A DNA stretch of 64,000 nucleotides from Candidatus Terrybacteria bacterium RIFCSPHIGHO2_01_FULL_48_17 (GTDB lineage Bacteria; Patescibacteriota; Minisyncoccia; Terrybacterales; 2-01-FULL-58-14). Below, one piece after another: positions 9,137-18,042 of this stretch. Both the position numbers and the translations under genes were made by a program. Each line of letters opens with the position of its first letter. Position 1 is the first letter of the stretch. Location of the stretch: positions 1,060 to 65,059 of the forward strand of contig MHSS01000002.1 of the NCBI GenBank assembly GCA_001822835.1, read 5' to 3'. The notes under the pieces were generated by a model. That model was given only the letters and a program-made list of their open reading frames with translations, was not told the DNA's origin and did not search any database.

Positions 9137-11155
9137 TTATTCGCGCGCCGTCAACCGCTTAATCAAATCCCGAATGCGTGCGGCTTCTTCAAATTCTAGT
9201 TTTTTCACGTGTTCTTCCATCTCCTTTTTGAATTGTTTAAGAATTTCTGGCGTAACTTTTTCTGGGACGAATTCGTCTTCTCTATGTGATCCGATGAGGG
9301 TTGATTCTCGAAGCGGCTTTGCAATTGTTCGAGGAGTAATGCCATGCTTTTTATTCCATTCTTCTTGGATCTTCCGGCGGCGCTTCGTTTCTGAAATTGC
9401 CGTCTTCATCGATTGCGTACGGATGTCGGCAAATAAAATGACACGTCCTTCTTCGTGGCGCGCCGCCCGTCCCATGGTTTGAATAAGCGTGGTCGCGTTT
9501 CGCAAAAAACCCTCTTTATCTGCGTCGAGAATCGCAACAAGCGACACTTCGGGCAGGTCCAGCCCTTCCCGCAAAAGATTAATGCCGACCACCACGTCAG
9601 TTTCTCCTGCACGAAGTCGATGTAATACCTCGGGTCGCTCAAGGGTTTTTACTTCTGCATGCAAGTATTCCACTTTTATATCTTTTCCTTTGAGCCAATC
9701 CGTGAGTTCCTCGGCAAGACGTTTCGTAAGCGTAGTCACTAAAACCCGTTGCTTTTTCGCCACCCTTTCTTCTATCGCCTTCACGAGGTAGGGGAGCTGG
9801 TCTTTTGTGTCGCGTATTTCAATAGTAGGGTCTAGCAATCCGGTCGGCCGGATCAATTGCTCTACGAAGCCACCCTGTACCCTGTTCTCTGAACTCTGTA
9901 CCCTTTTTGAGATGTTAATCTCAAAAACGTTTGGAGTTGCCGAGGCAAAGATTATTTGTCCGGTTTTTTGTAAAAATTCGTTGAAGTCCAACGGACGGTT
10001 GTCGCGCGCAGAGGGAAGGCGGAAACCAAAATCAATCAAGATCTGCTTTCGGGCGTTATCGCCCCGCACCATGCCCCGAAGCTGCGGCACGGTCATGTGC
10101 GATTCATCTATAATTGTGAGCCATTCTGTGCCCTGTCCCCTAACCCCTGTACCTCGTTTGGTGTATGCGGCACTCATATAATCCAAAAGCGTAAACGGTG
10201 GCTCCCCCGGTTTTCTAAATTCAAAATGGCTCGAATAGTTTTCAATGCCGTGGCAATAGCCGGCTTCTTGGATCATTGCGAGGTCGTTTTCCGTGCGTTG
10301 TTTGAGGCGCTGGGCTTCAAGAACTTTGCCGTGTTTTTTCAGTTCCGCAAGGCGTTCTGCAAGTTCGGCTTCAATGTTGGCAAGTGCCAAAGGAATTTTA
10401 TCCGAAGGCGCCACCCAAAACTTCGCCGGAAACATCAATGCTTTGGCTGCGGTGCGTTCAGGATCTTCAAGCCCTAAGCCCGAACGTCGCAGAAGGCGCG
10501 AGATTTTGTTACGGCCAAATTCAACCACAATAACTTCCATTCCGGTTGAGGGCGCTATTTCCACCCGCTCGCCGCGCTTGCGGAAGGTACCCGGCACAAG
10601 ATCTATATCGTTGCGTTCATATTGTAGATCCACAAGCAATTCGAATAGTCGTTTTTGGGTCATTGTTTGCCCGGGCGTAAGCTCAAGCGCCAATTCCTTA
10701 TATTCTTCTGGGGAGCCGATGTTATAAATACACGAGACCGATGCAACCACGATAACATCATCGCGCGTTAAAATTGCTTGGGTTGCAGCATGGCGCAGGC
10801 GGTCGAGTTCTTGATTTATTTTGACGTCTTTGTCGATATAGGTATCGGTTTGAGGAATGTAGGCCTCGGGCTGGTAATAGTCGTAATAAGAAACAAAATA
10901 ATGTACGGCATTGTCGGGGAAAAATGCCTTAAACTCCTCATAAAGTTGTGCTGCTAAGGTTTTGTTGTGAGAAATAACAAGCGTTGGGCGCTGAAGGTTT
11001 TGAATAACATTTGCGAACGTGAACGTTTTCCCGCTGCCAGTTACGCCAAGCAATGTTTGAAAGCGCAGATCTTGCTCAAGGCCGCGGGAAAGAGCCCCGA
11101 TCGCGAGGGGTTGGTCGCCGGTAGGCGCAAATGGAGCTTTGAGCTGAAATGGCAT
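9137..11155 (-). CDS. uvrB: excinuclease ABC subunit B
   Basis: PTGDQP, LLGVTGSGKT, FVSYYDYYQPEAY, INLLREGLDLPEV and C-terminal UVR domain; start reassigned to ATG 11155. Confidence 0.97.
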   Translation of the reverse strand: MPFQLKAPFAPTGDQPLAIGALSRGLEQDLRFQTLLGVTGSGKTFTFANVIQNLQRPTLVISHNKTLAAQLYEEFKAFFPDNAVHYFVSYYDYYQPEAYIPQTDTYIDKDVKINQELDRLRHAATQAILTRDDVIVVASVSCIYNIGSPEEYKELALELTPGQTMTQKRLFELLVDLQYERNDIDLVPGTFRKRGERVEIAPSTGMEVIVVEFGRNKISRLLRRSGLGLEDPERTAAKALMFPAKFWVAPSDKIPLALANIEAELAERLAELKKHGKVLEAQRLKQRTENDLAMIQEAGYCHGIENYSSHFEFRKPGEPPFTLLDYMSAAYTKRGTGVRGQGTEWLTIIDESHMTVPQLRGMVRGDNARKQILIDFGFRLPSARDNRPLDFNEFLQKTGQIIFASATPNVFEINISKRVQSSENRVQGGFVEQLIRPTGLLDPTIEIRDTKDQLPYLVKAIEERVAKKQRVLVTTLTKRLAEELTDWLKGKDIKVEYLHAEVKTLERPEVLHRLRAGETDVVVGINLLREGLDLPEVSLVAILDADKEGFLRNATTLIQTMGRAARHEEGRVILFADIRTQSMKTAISETKRRRKIQEEWNKKHGITPRTIAKPLRESTLIGSHREDEFVPEKVTPEILKQFKKEMEEHVKKLEFEEAARIRDLIKRLTARE

Positions 11156-11167
11156 ACAATAGATATA

Positions 11168-11746
11168 ATGATTGCCTTTATTGAGGGTGGGTTGGTGGCG
11201 AAAGGGGAAAAATACGCGATTGTGGAGGCCAACGGCGTTGGCTATAAGGTTTTTTTGACAAAAGAGTCCCTTTCCACGCTCCCTGAAATCGGGCACCGGG
11301 TCAAGCTGTTCACGCATCTTTATCTGCGCGAAAATGAAACCCTTGAGCTTTATGGCATGCGGAACGCAAAAGAGCTTTCGTTTTTTGAAACATTGTTAGA
11401 CGTGCCGGGGGTTGGACCAAAAGGGGCGCTCGGCATTTTAAGCGCCGCATCGGTTGATGACCTTGAGCGAGCCATTGCTTCTGGTGATGAGCGATTGCTC
11501 GAACGCGTGTCGGGGATTGGCAAAAAAACTGCAAAGAAAATTTTATTAGAACTTCAGTCGCGTTACGAAGGGTTAAGCATGGTGGTGGGGGAGATGCCGC
11601 ACGAGATGCAGGATGCCATGGATGCTCTTGTGAAACTTGGCTATTCCGATCGCGAAGCACGAGAGGCGATGAAGCATGTGCCGCAGGAAGCAAAAACGGT
11701 CGAGGAGAAAATTAAGGCGGCACTGAAGGCGCTTGGGGGAAAATAG
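11168..11746 (+). CDS. ruvA: Holliday junction branch migration protein RuvA
   Basis: MIAFIEG, GVGY and HhH motifs GVGPKGA and GIGKKTA; start at ATG 11168. Confidence 0.96.
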   Translation: MIAFIEGGLVAKGEKYAIVEANGVGYKVFLTKESLSTLPEIGHRVKLFTHLYLRENETLELYGMRNAKELSFFETLLDVPGVGPKGALGILSAASVDDLERAIASGDERLLERVSGIGKKTAKKILLELQSRYEGLSMVVGEMPHEMQDAMDALVKLGYSDREAREAMKHVPQEAKTVEEKIKAALKALGGK

Positions 11747-11845
11747 CTCGCGAACCATCCGGAAAAATTCTCCGCCTTCATATATGCGATACATTATTGA
11801 TCCCACCGCCAGCCCGAGAGAATTTTTCCGGACGTTCGCTCGCAA
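11743..11845. repeat. ~103-nt palindromic dispersed element, copy 1
   Basis: Near-identical to 39096-39199; inverted arms GCGAACCATCCGGAAAAATTCTC / GAGAATTTTTCCGGACGTTCGC. Confidence 0.9.
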
Positions 11846-11942
11846 GAAAAATAGCGCTCGTTAAGCGCTCGCGCCCTGCTCGCAACCCCGCCGCATTTTC
11901 TGCGAAAGCACTTGGAGGGAAACAAAAAGAGCCTTGCGGCTC

Positions 11943-12245
11943 TTAGTCGGGAGGCGAGTACTCAGCAAACTCGCTGGCGATATCTTCTGGTAGGTATTGG
12001 TCAAGCATTTTACGCCCCTCGAAGTTGCTTGGCCCTCGGTAAGCGGCAGAAAAAGTTGCATGGCCGTTGATAAAGTGAATTGCGGCAAGATTTAATCCGT
12101 GTATTTTGATTGCAACTAGAGCCAATTTAAGCTGATTGCGCCCAAGGAGCGGATCGGCCTTGAACCATATTAGGCGACTTCGGAATTTATGTTGTACTGG
12201 ATCGTAATATTCCAGCACCACTCCGTCGCACCTTGGTTCTTCCAT
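11943..12245 (-). CDS. hypothetical protein
   Basis: ATG 12245 preceded by a purine-rich SD (GGGGAAAGGAAG); 100 aa. Confidence 0.55.
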   Translation of the reverse strand: MEEPRCDGVVLEYYDPVQHKFRSRLIWFKADPLLGRNQLKLALVAIKIHGLNLAAIHFINGHATFSAAYRGPSNFEGRKMLDQYLPEDIASEFAEYSPPD

Positions 12246-12293
12246 TCTTCCTTTCCCCCTTCGTTTAATTAAGGTTCTGGTGTCCTCTTTATC

Positions 12294-13271
12294 ATGGAAA
12301 CAAAGGCGAGTCAAATATGGAACAATTTTGTCATACAACACAACGGCTCTTTTTTGCAGTCGTGGGAGTGGGGCGAGTTTCAGCAAACGGTTGGGAAAAA
12401 AGTTTTTTATCTTGAAGTGCACGAAATGCGTGGCCTGGTAATTGGGCACGCGTTGCCTTTGGGAATAAAATATTTCTATATACCACGCGGCCCGGTAGGG
12501 GAGAAGAATAGCTTTCCGGCATGGTTTAAAAAAATAAGCGAGCACGCAAAACAAGCCGGCGCAGTTTTTCTTCGTATCGAACCCCCAAATTCAGTTTCTA
12601 TATTCCAAATTCCAAATTCAAAATTCGTAGATTTGGGTCGCGCAATCCAACCACGGCAAAATCTTATTGTAGACCTTGCACACACAGAAGACGATTTGCT
12701 TGCCGGCATGCACGAGAAAACAAGATACAATATCCGACTAGCAGGAAGGCATGGAGTAACCACCAGGGTTCAGGGTTCAGGGGTCAGGAGTCAGGACGTA
12801 GGCGCCTTTTTGCTTTTACTGCATGAAACCGCAAAAGAACAGGATTTGAAAATCTATTCCGACGTATATTACCAAAAAATGCTTGAGGTCTTTATGGCCG
12901 GAGACGGCGCGCCTAATGCCACAAAGGGTATATTGTTTTTCGCGGATTATAAAGGAAAACCGCTTGCGACGGCGTTTTGCGTCGGTTTTGGGAGGCGATT
13001 AACATATCTGCACGGCGGTTCCTCGCGCGAACACAAAAACGTCATGGCGCCACAGTTGTTGCATTGGGAGATAATGCGGTGGGCAAAAGAAGCGGGATAT
13101 GCCGAATACGATATGGGAGGCATTGATGAAGCGAAGTGGCCCGGCCTTACGCGTTTTAAGAAGGGCTTTGGAGGTCGAACGGTTGCGTATGCGGGCATAT
13201 ATGAATATGCTTACAATCGTTTCGTATATTCCTTGTATCGGGTTGCGCATTTTTTGGCCTATCGATCTTAG
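12294..13271 (+). CDS. FemAB/FemX family lipid II aminoacyltransferase
   Basis: FLQSWEWGEF, YIPRGP, KTRYNIRLA and GLTRFKKGFGG motifs. Confidence 0.92.
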   Translation: METKASQIWNNFVIQHNGSFLQSWEWGEFQQTVGKKVFYLEVHEMRGLVIGHALPLGIKYFYIPRGPVGEKNSFPAWFKKISEHAKQAGAVFLRIEPPNSVSIFQIPNSKFVDLGRAIQPRQNLIVDLAHTEDDLLAGMHEKTRYNIRLAGRHGVTTRVQGSGVRSQDVGAFLLLLHETAKEQDLKIYSDVYYQKMLEVFMAGDGAPNATKGILFFADYKGKPLATAFCVGFGRRLTYLHGGSSREHKNVMAPQLLHWEIMRWAKEAGYAEYDMGGIDEAKWPGLTRFKKGFGGRTVAYAGIYEYAYNRFVYSLYRVAHFLAYRS

Positions 13272-13285
13272 GCGCGTTTGATTAT

Positions 13286-14614
13286 ATGCGTTCTCTTATT
13301 CCTTCGCCCATCATCTCTTTGTGGCATTTTTTTCTTGCGTGGCTTGCTGCGTGGTCCACGGGCAATCCTTCGCGCAGGCTCGTTATAATTGGCGTTACCG
13401 GCACCACAGGAAAATCAACCGTGGTTTGGTTGCTTTCGCGCATGCTTGAGGAGGCGGGTGCTAAAGTTGCGGCGACGTCATCCATTGAATTTCGCATACG
13501 CAACAAACAATGGATCAATAAGGAGAAAATGACCATGCCCGGCCGTTTTTTCATGCAAAAGTTTCTGCGCAAGGCCGCGGAAGCGGGCTGCACCCATGCT
13601 GTTTTGGAAGTAACCTCTGAAGGCATTACGCAGCATCGGCATCGTTTTATCCATTGGGATGTTGCCGTGCTCACCAATCTTCGCAAAGAACACATTGAGC
13701 GGCACGGTTCCGAAGAGGCGTACAAGCGAGCGAAAGGAAAATTATTCGCCGCACTTAAAAAGGGCGTGCGCAAGGGAATTCCTAAAACCGCAGTGGTAAA
13801 TTTGGCCGATCCCAATGCTGATTATTTTCTTTCGTTTCCTGCCGAGCAATATATCGGGTATCGGTTCTTTGAAGATTATCCGCGCACGAAACTTCCCCAA
13901 GGCGGACGGGAGGTGGTGGGGGAGAAGCTTGTGGCGACGGGTTCCGAGACGTCGTTTGAGTTTCAGGGAAAGATCGTTGTGAGCCGGCTTTTGGGAAAGT
14001 TTAACGCCGAAAATATATTGGCAGCGGGAGCTGCGGCCTTGGCGCTTGGGGCATCGGGGAGCTTTGTTGCAGACGTAGCAGGTCGTACCCTTTCTATCCC
14101 CGGGCGCATGGAGGAAATTCCAGAGGCCCACAATATGCGGGGGTATCGCGTATTTGTGGACTATGCTCATACCCCCGACGGCCTTGAGGCGGTATATCGT
14201 ACCGCACAAAATATGAAGCGCGAAAAAAAAGCGAATCGTATTATATGCGTGTTAGGGGCCGCAGGAGGCGGGCGCGACAAATGGAAGCGGCCCGAGATGG
14301 GAAAATTGGCAGCCCGCTACTGCGACCATATTTTTGTGACAAACGAAGACCCATATGACGAAGACCCGCGTGAAATTATGGATGGTGTTGTGGAAGGAGC
14401 GCGTGAATATCTGAAAAGTGCCTCCTCGCAGCAAATGCTCGAAGAGGTCGTGGATCGCAGAAAGGCGATTTCGCGGGCAATATATGTGGCGCAGCCGGGG
14501 GATGTAGTGTTAATAACCGGCAAGGGTTCGGAGCCATGGATGGTGGTGGGGAAGGGAAAAAAGATTCCATGGGATGATAGAGAGATTGTGCGGCAAGCGT
14601 TGATGGAGAGGTGA
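13286..14614 (+). CDS. murE: UDP-N-acetylmuramoyl-tripeptide synthetase (MurE family)
   Basis: GVTGTTGKST, EVTSEG, PGRME, VDYAHTPD, EDPY and GKG motifs. Confidence 0.92.
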   Translation: MRSLIPSPIISLWHFFLAWLAAWSTGNPSRRLVIIGVTGTTGKSTVVWLLSRMLEEAGAKVAATSSIEFRIRNKQWINKEKMTMPGRFFMQKFLRKAAEAGCTHAVLEVTSEGITQHRHRFIHWDVAVLTNLRKEHIERHGSEEAYKRAKGKLFAALKKGVRKGIPKTAVVNLADPNADYFLSFPAEQYIGYRFFEDYPRTKLPQGGREVVGEKLVATGSETSFEFQGKIVVSRLLGKFNAENILAAGAAALALGASGSFVADVAGRTLSIPGRMEEIPEAHNMRGYRVFVDYAHTPDGLEAVYRTAQNMKREKKANRIICVLGAAGGGRDKWKRPEMGKLAARYCDHIFVTNEDPYDEDPREIMDGVVEGAREYLKSASSQQMLEEVVDRRKAISRAIYVAQPGDVVLITGKGSEPWMVVGKGKKIPWDDREIVRQALMER

Positions 14615-14747
14615 GCGCGCAACGGCAGGGCCGCTCGCGTCTGCAAGGGATCCTTCCGTTCCTTAAGGCCGCTCGCGGCCCCGCCGCTTGCGCGCCATTA
14701 TTCAAGAGCTTGCCGCACGGGAGAAGGGTTAACATTCGCAAATTTAT

Positions 14748-15491
14748 ATGGAAAGAATCAAGACAAAAAACTTTGAACTTGCAGTATACGCAAAAGGAAA
14801 TGAAGGTGCGGCAAAAATAGCGCTTGTGTTGCCTGGACGCCTCGATACGAAAGATTACGTACACATGCGAAGCCACGTTGATTTTCTTGCGGCAAACGGA
14901 TTTTTCGCGTTGTCATTCGATCCACCCGGTACTTGGGAAAGTCCGGGCGGCATCGAGCTTTACACGACCACTAATTACATTAAAGCCATCAACGAGTTGA
15001 TAGAATATTTTGGCAACAAGCCCACCTTGCTGTTGGGACACAGCAGAGGGGGCGCGGTGGCGATATTGGCGGGAGCGTCCAATCCTTTTGTTTCAGGAAT
15101 TGTTCCCATTTTTGCGACTTACGGACCGCCGAGTGCCGCAAGCCAAGACGCCATACGGGGTGGGTTCCAAACAGAGTATCGAGACCTTCCACCAGGTGCC
15201 GCACCGAGCAGAGAACAAAAGGAATTTGCCCTTCCGCTTAACTTTTTCAAAGACGGCCAACAATATAATCCTTCATCGGCTTTGCTCGATTGTACCAAGC
15301 CAAAGCTATTAATTTATGCCAGCCGGGATGAATATACTCAACCCGATAGGGTCAAGGCGGTATATGAAACGATTCCTGGACCAAAGATGATACATGAACT
15401 TGATTCTGATCACGATTACCGCTACCACTCAAAACTCATTGAGGAAGTAAATCAGGCGGTCGGAGGTTTTTTAAAGAAGGTTTCGCTATAA
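14748..15491 (+). CDS. alpha/beta hydrolase
   Basis: GHSRGG nucleophile elbow; Asp and His near the C-terminus. Confidence 0.85.
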   Translation: MERIKTKNFELAVYAKGNEGAAKIALVLPGRLDTKDYVHMRSHVDFLAANGFFALSFDPPGTWESPGGIELYTTTNYIKAINELIEYFGNKPTLLLGHSRGGAVAILAGASNPFVSGIVPIFATYGPPSAASQDAIRGGFQTEYRDLPPGAAPSREQKEFALPLNFFKDGQQYNPSSALLDCTKPKLLIYASRDEYTQPDRVKAVYETIPGPKMIHELDSDHDYRYHSKLIEEVNQAVGGFLKKVSL

Positions 15492-15608
15492 AAACAATCG
15501 AACCCAATGACCGCTATTGGATATTTTAAAATACTTGTTGACATCTTGGCGACGAGACCCTAAGATGTTTTGGTAGGAAATTAACAAATAAAAAGAAGGA
15601 GAAGAGAC

Positions 15609-15881
15609 GTGGGTAGCAAAAGTCGTTACACGCAACGGCATGATGAACACTATCCGCCGGAAGATGGCGTTGAAAAAGCAATTTACGATATTTTGACAGA
15701 GCGCGGGCCGCTGACTGCAATAGAGCTTTGGGAGGAAGTAAAGCGCCGCGGATTTCCTGAAAGCGATGCGCGTGTACATGCCTCGTATCTTGCTGACCGC
15801 GGCTGGCTAGAACTTACGGATGATTGTAAGTTCCGCGCGCTTTCTGAGCGCCTGAACCCAGCGCCGACCGATCTTTTCTAA
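15609..15881 (+). CDS. small winged-helix-like protein
   Basis: TTGACA promoter at 15538 and AAGGAG SD; wHTH-like pattern (IYDILTERGPLTAIELW...LADRGWLE). Confidence 0.55.
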   Translation: MGSKSRYTQRHDEHYPPEDGVEKAIYDILTERGPLTAIELWEEVKRRGFPESDARVHASYLADRGWLELTDDCKFRALSERLNPAPTDLF

Positions 15882-15922
15882 CTAAACCGAGAAACAAAAT
15901 GCCCACCATGCGGTGGGCATTA

Positions 15923-16921
15923 TCATTTCCAATAAGCAAGTTCTTTAATTGCCCGAACAATCTTTTCGGCATTCGGCATAAACGCTTCTTCAAGCGCTTT
16001 GGAGTAAGGGGCTGCGGGAACTTCTGGAGCTGCAAGACGCACAATGGGAGCCGCAAGCGACGTAAAAGTGTCCGGATCCTCTGAAATTTCCGCTGCAATT
16101 TCAGCGCCATAGCCGCAGAACATATTGTCTTCGTGTACGACAAGGGCTCGCCCTGTTTTTTGAACCGATTGCAATACAGTGGTAGCATCAAGCGGCCGAA
16201 GCGTTTGCAGATCGATGATTTCAATGCTTATTTCTTTTGCGAGCGTTTGTGTGGCTTTCCAGCATTCAAAGAGCATCGCGCCGTAAGCAATAACCGTTAC
16301 GTCAGCGCCTTCTTGTATGACTTCGGCGTTTCCGAGTGGGAGCGTATACGCGTCTTTGCAAACTTCTTTATAAATAAAAGGATCTTTCGCCCGGTAAATC
16401 TTTTTTGGCTCAAGAAAAATCACGGGGTCGGGATCGCGAATCGCAGACGCAAGCAATCCTTTCGCGGTGTATGAATCCCGAGGCACTACGACCTTCAGAC
16501 CGGGGACGTGCGCATAAAATACTTCGATGCTTTGTGAGTGATGAAGTCCGCCATGGACTCCTCCGCCATAAGGCGTGCGAATTACCATGGGTACGCCGAA
16601 TGTTCCGTTTGATCGATAACGCATTCGCGCCGCCTCGCTTACAATCTGGTTGAATGCCGGGTGGATAAAGTCGGCAAATTGAATTTCTGCAACCGGTATG
16701 AGGCCGCCAAGCGCCATGCCAATTGCGCATCCAACGATTGAGGATTCGGCAAGCGGGGTGTTAAACACCCGAGTGTTTCCAAAACGTTCCTGCAACCCAT
16801 GGGTAGCCAGAAACACACCACCCTTTTTCCCGACGTCTTCCCCAAATACTACAATGCGCGTATCTCGCGCCATCTCTAATTCAAGGGCGTCGTGTACGGC
16901 TTCAAGAAGCGTTTGCTGCAT
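15923..16921 (-). CDS. 2-oxoacid dehydrogenase E1 beta subunit
   Basis: GEDVGKKGGVF, NTPLAE, EIQFADF, HHSQS and DLQTLRPLD. Confidence 0.94.
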   Translation of the reverse strand: MQQTLLEAVHDALELEMARDTRIVVFGEDVGKKGGVFLATHGLQERFGNTRVFNTPLAESSIVGCAIGMALGGLIPVAEIQFADFIHPAFNQIVSEAARMRYRSNGTFGVPMVIRTPYGGGVHGGLHHSQSIEVFYAHVPGLKVVVPRDSYTAKGLLASAIRDPDPVIFLEPKKIYRAKDPFIYKEVCKDAYTLPLGNAEVIQEGADVTVIAYGAMLFECWKATQTLAKEISIEIIDLQTLRPLDATTVLQSVQKTGRALVVHEDNMFCGYGAEIAAEISEDPDTFTSLAAPIVRLAAPEVPAAPYSKALEEAFMPNAEKIVRAIKELAYWK

Positions 16922-17906
16922 CAGAGCCCTCCTTTAGATATACGTTTTCGCCAATGGTTGCTGGATCGGGAGTGGGGGATTGTTCTGCCTCTTGTTCGGC
17001 CGCTAAAAGCCCTGAGGCGATTTCTTGTTCCAGCGCGGCTTCTGTTGCGTCGTTGACTATTCCGCGTACGCGCAAGAAACGCTCAAGTGCCGCGAGCGGA
17101 TCGCGTAGGGCTTCTTTGGAAAGCTCATGATCACTTCGATATTTTCTCTGATCGTCATCCGATGAGTGAGCCGCAAGCCGCGGCACCCTCACTTCGATGA
17201 GAGTGGGTCCCTCGCCTTCCCGCGCGCGTTTACATGCTTTTTGCGCTTCATGCGCAATGCCTTCCACGTCTGTTCCGTCAAGCGATACCCCATAGATGCC
17301 GTATCCTCGTGCGCGGTTTGCGATGTTTCGAATAGCCATCTGTTCGCGTTGTGTTACGGAAATTGCATAGCCGTTGTTTTCGCACACAAAAACCACGGGG
17401 AGTTTATGAATACCTGCCCAGTTCAACGCCTCGTGAAAGTCCCCTTCGGAGGTTGCGCCGTCGCCAAAAAATACCACAACAATTTCCTGGGCACCAAGCA
17501 ATGTGCGCGCGTGGGCAATACCAACGGCATGTAACAGTTGGGTTGCGATAACGCTTGATCCGGACACAATCCGTTTTTCTGCATCTCCAAAATGCGATGG
17601 CATTTGCCTGCCGCCTGATGAAGGATCGCCTGCGCGCGCAAAAAAGTGAAGCATCACATCGGTCGGCGTCATGCCTTTCGTTAAGACGGCACAGGTTGAG
17701 CGATAGTAGGGGACAAGCCAGTCGGTTGGCTGAAGGAACGATGTGATAATTCCTTGCGGAACTTCGTGTCCCTGTCCGGAAATAATAAATGGCCCCTTTC
17801 CCGCGCGAACAAGAACCCACAACCGTTCATCAAGCCGACGCGCACCGAGCGATATGCGAAAAATGCGCTCGAGCCGTGTCAACAAATCAGCATCTTTTTC
17901 TGACAT
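16902..17906 (-). CDS. 2-oxoacid (branched-chain-like) dehydrogenase E1 alpha subunit
   Basis: SGQGHE, GGRQMPSHF, TPP motif GDGATSEGDFHEALN...NN and HSSDDD. Confidence 0.94.
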   Translation of the reverse strand: MSEKDADLLTRLERIFRISLGARRLDERLWVLVRAGKGPFIISGQGHEVPQGIITSFLQPTDWLVPYYRSTCAVLTKGMTPTDVMLHFFARAGDPSSGGRQMPSHFGDAEKRIVSGSSVIATQLLHAVGIAHARTLLGAQEIVVVFFGDGATSEGDFHEALNWAGIHKLPVVFVCENNGYAISVTQREQMAIRNIANRARGYGIYGVSLDGTDVEGIAHEAQKACKRAREGEGPTLIEVRVPRLAAHSSDDDQRKYRSDHELSKEALRDPLAALERFLRVRGIVNDATEAALEQEIASGLLAAEQEAEQSPTPDPATIGENVYLKEGSDAANAS

Positions 17907-18042
17907 ATGTGCAGCCCCTTTTTCAAAGATCGTGTACGTGCAGCATATACCTCAGGAATTTAAAACGCAATATGATTGACAATAAAAACGTTTTGCCGCT
18001 ACAATGGAGCCGTTCATTGAGAGATGAAAGGGGAGAAAAACC

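Noticed and set aside
10967-11317. Apparent 350-nt overlap of the uvrB and ruvA ORFs
   Set aside because: Artefact of longest-ORF calling; homology-consistent starts are 11155 and 11168.
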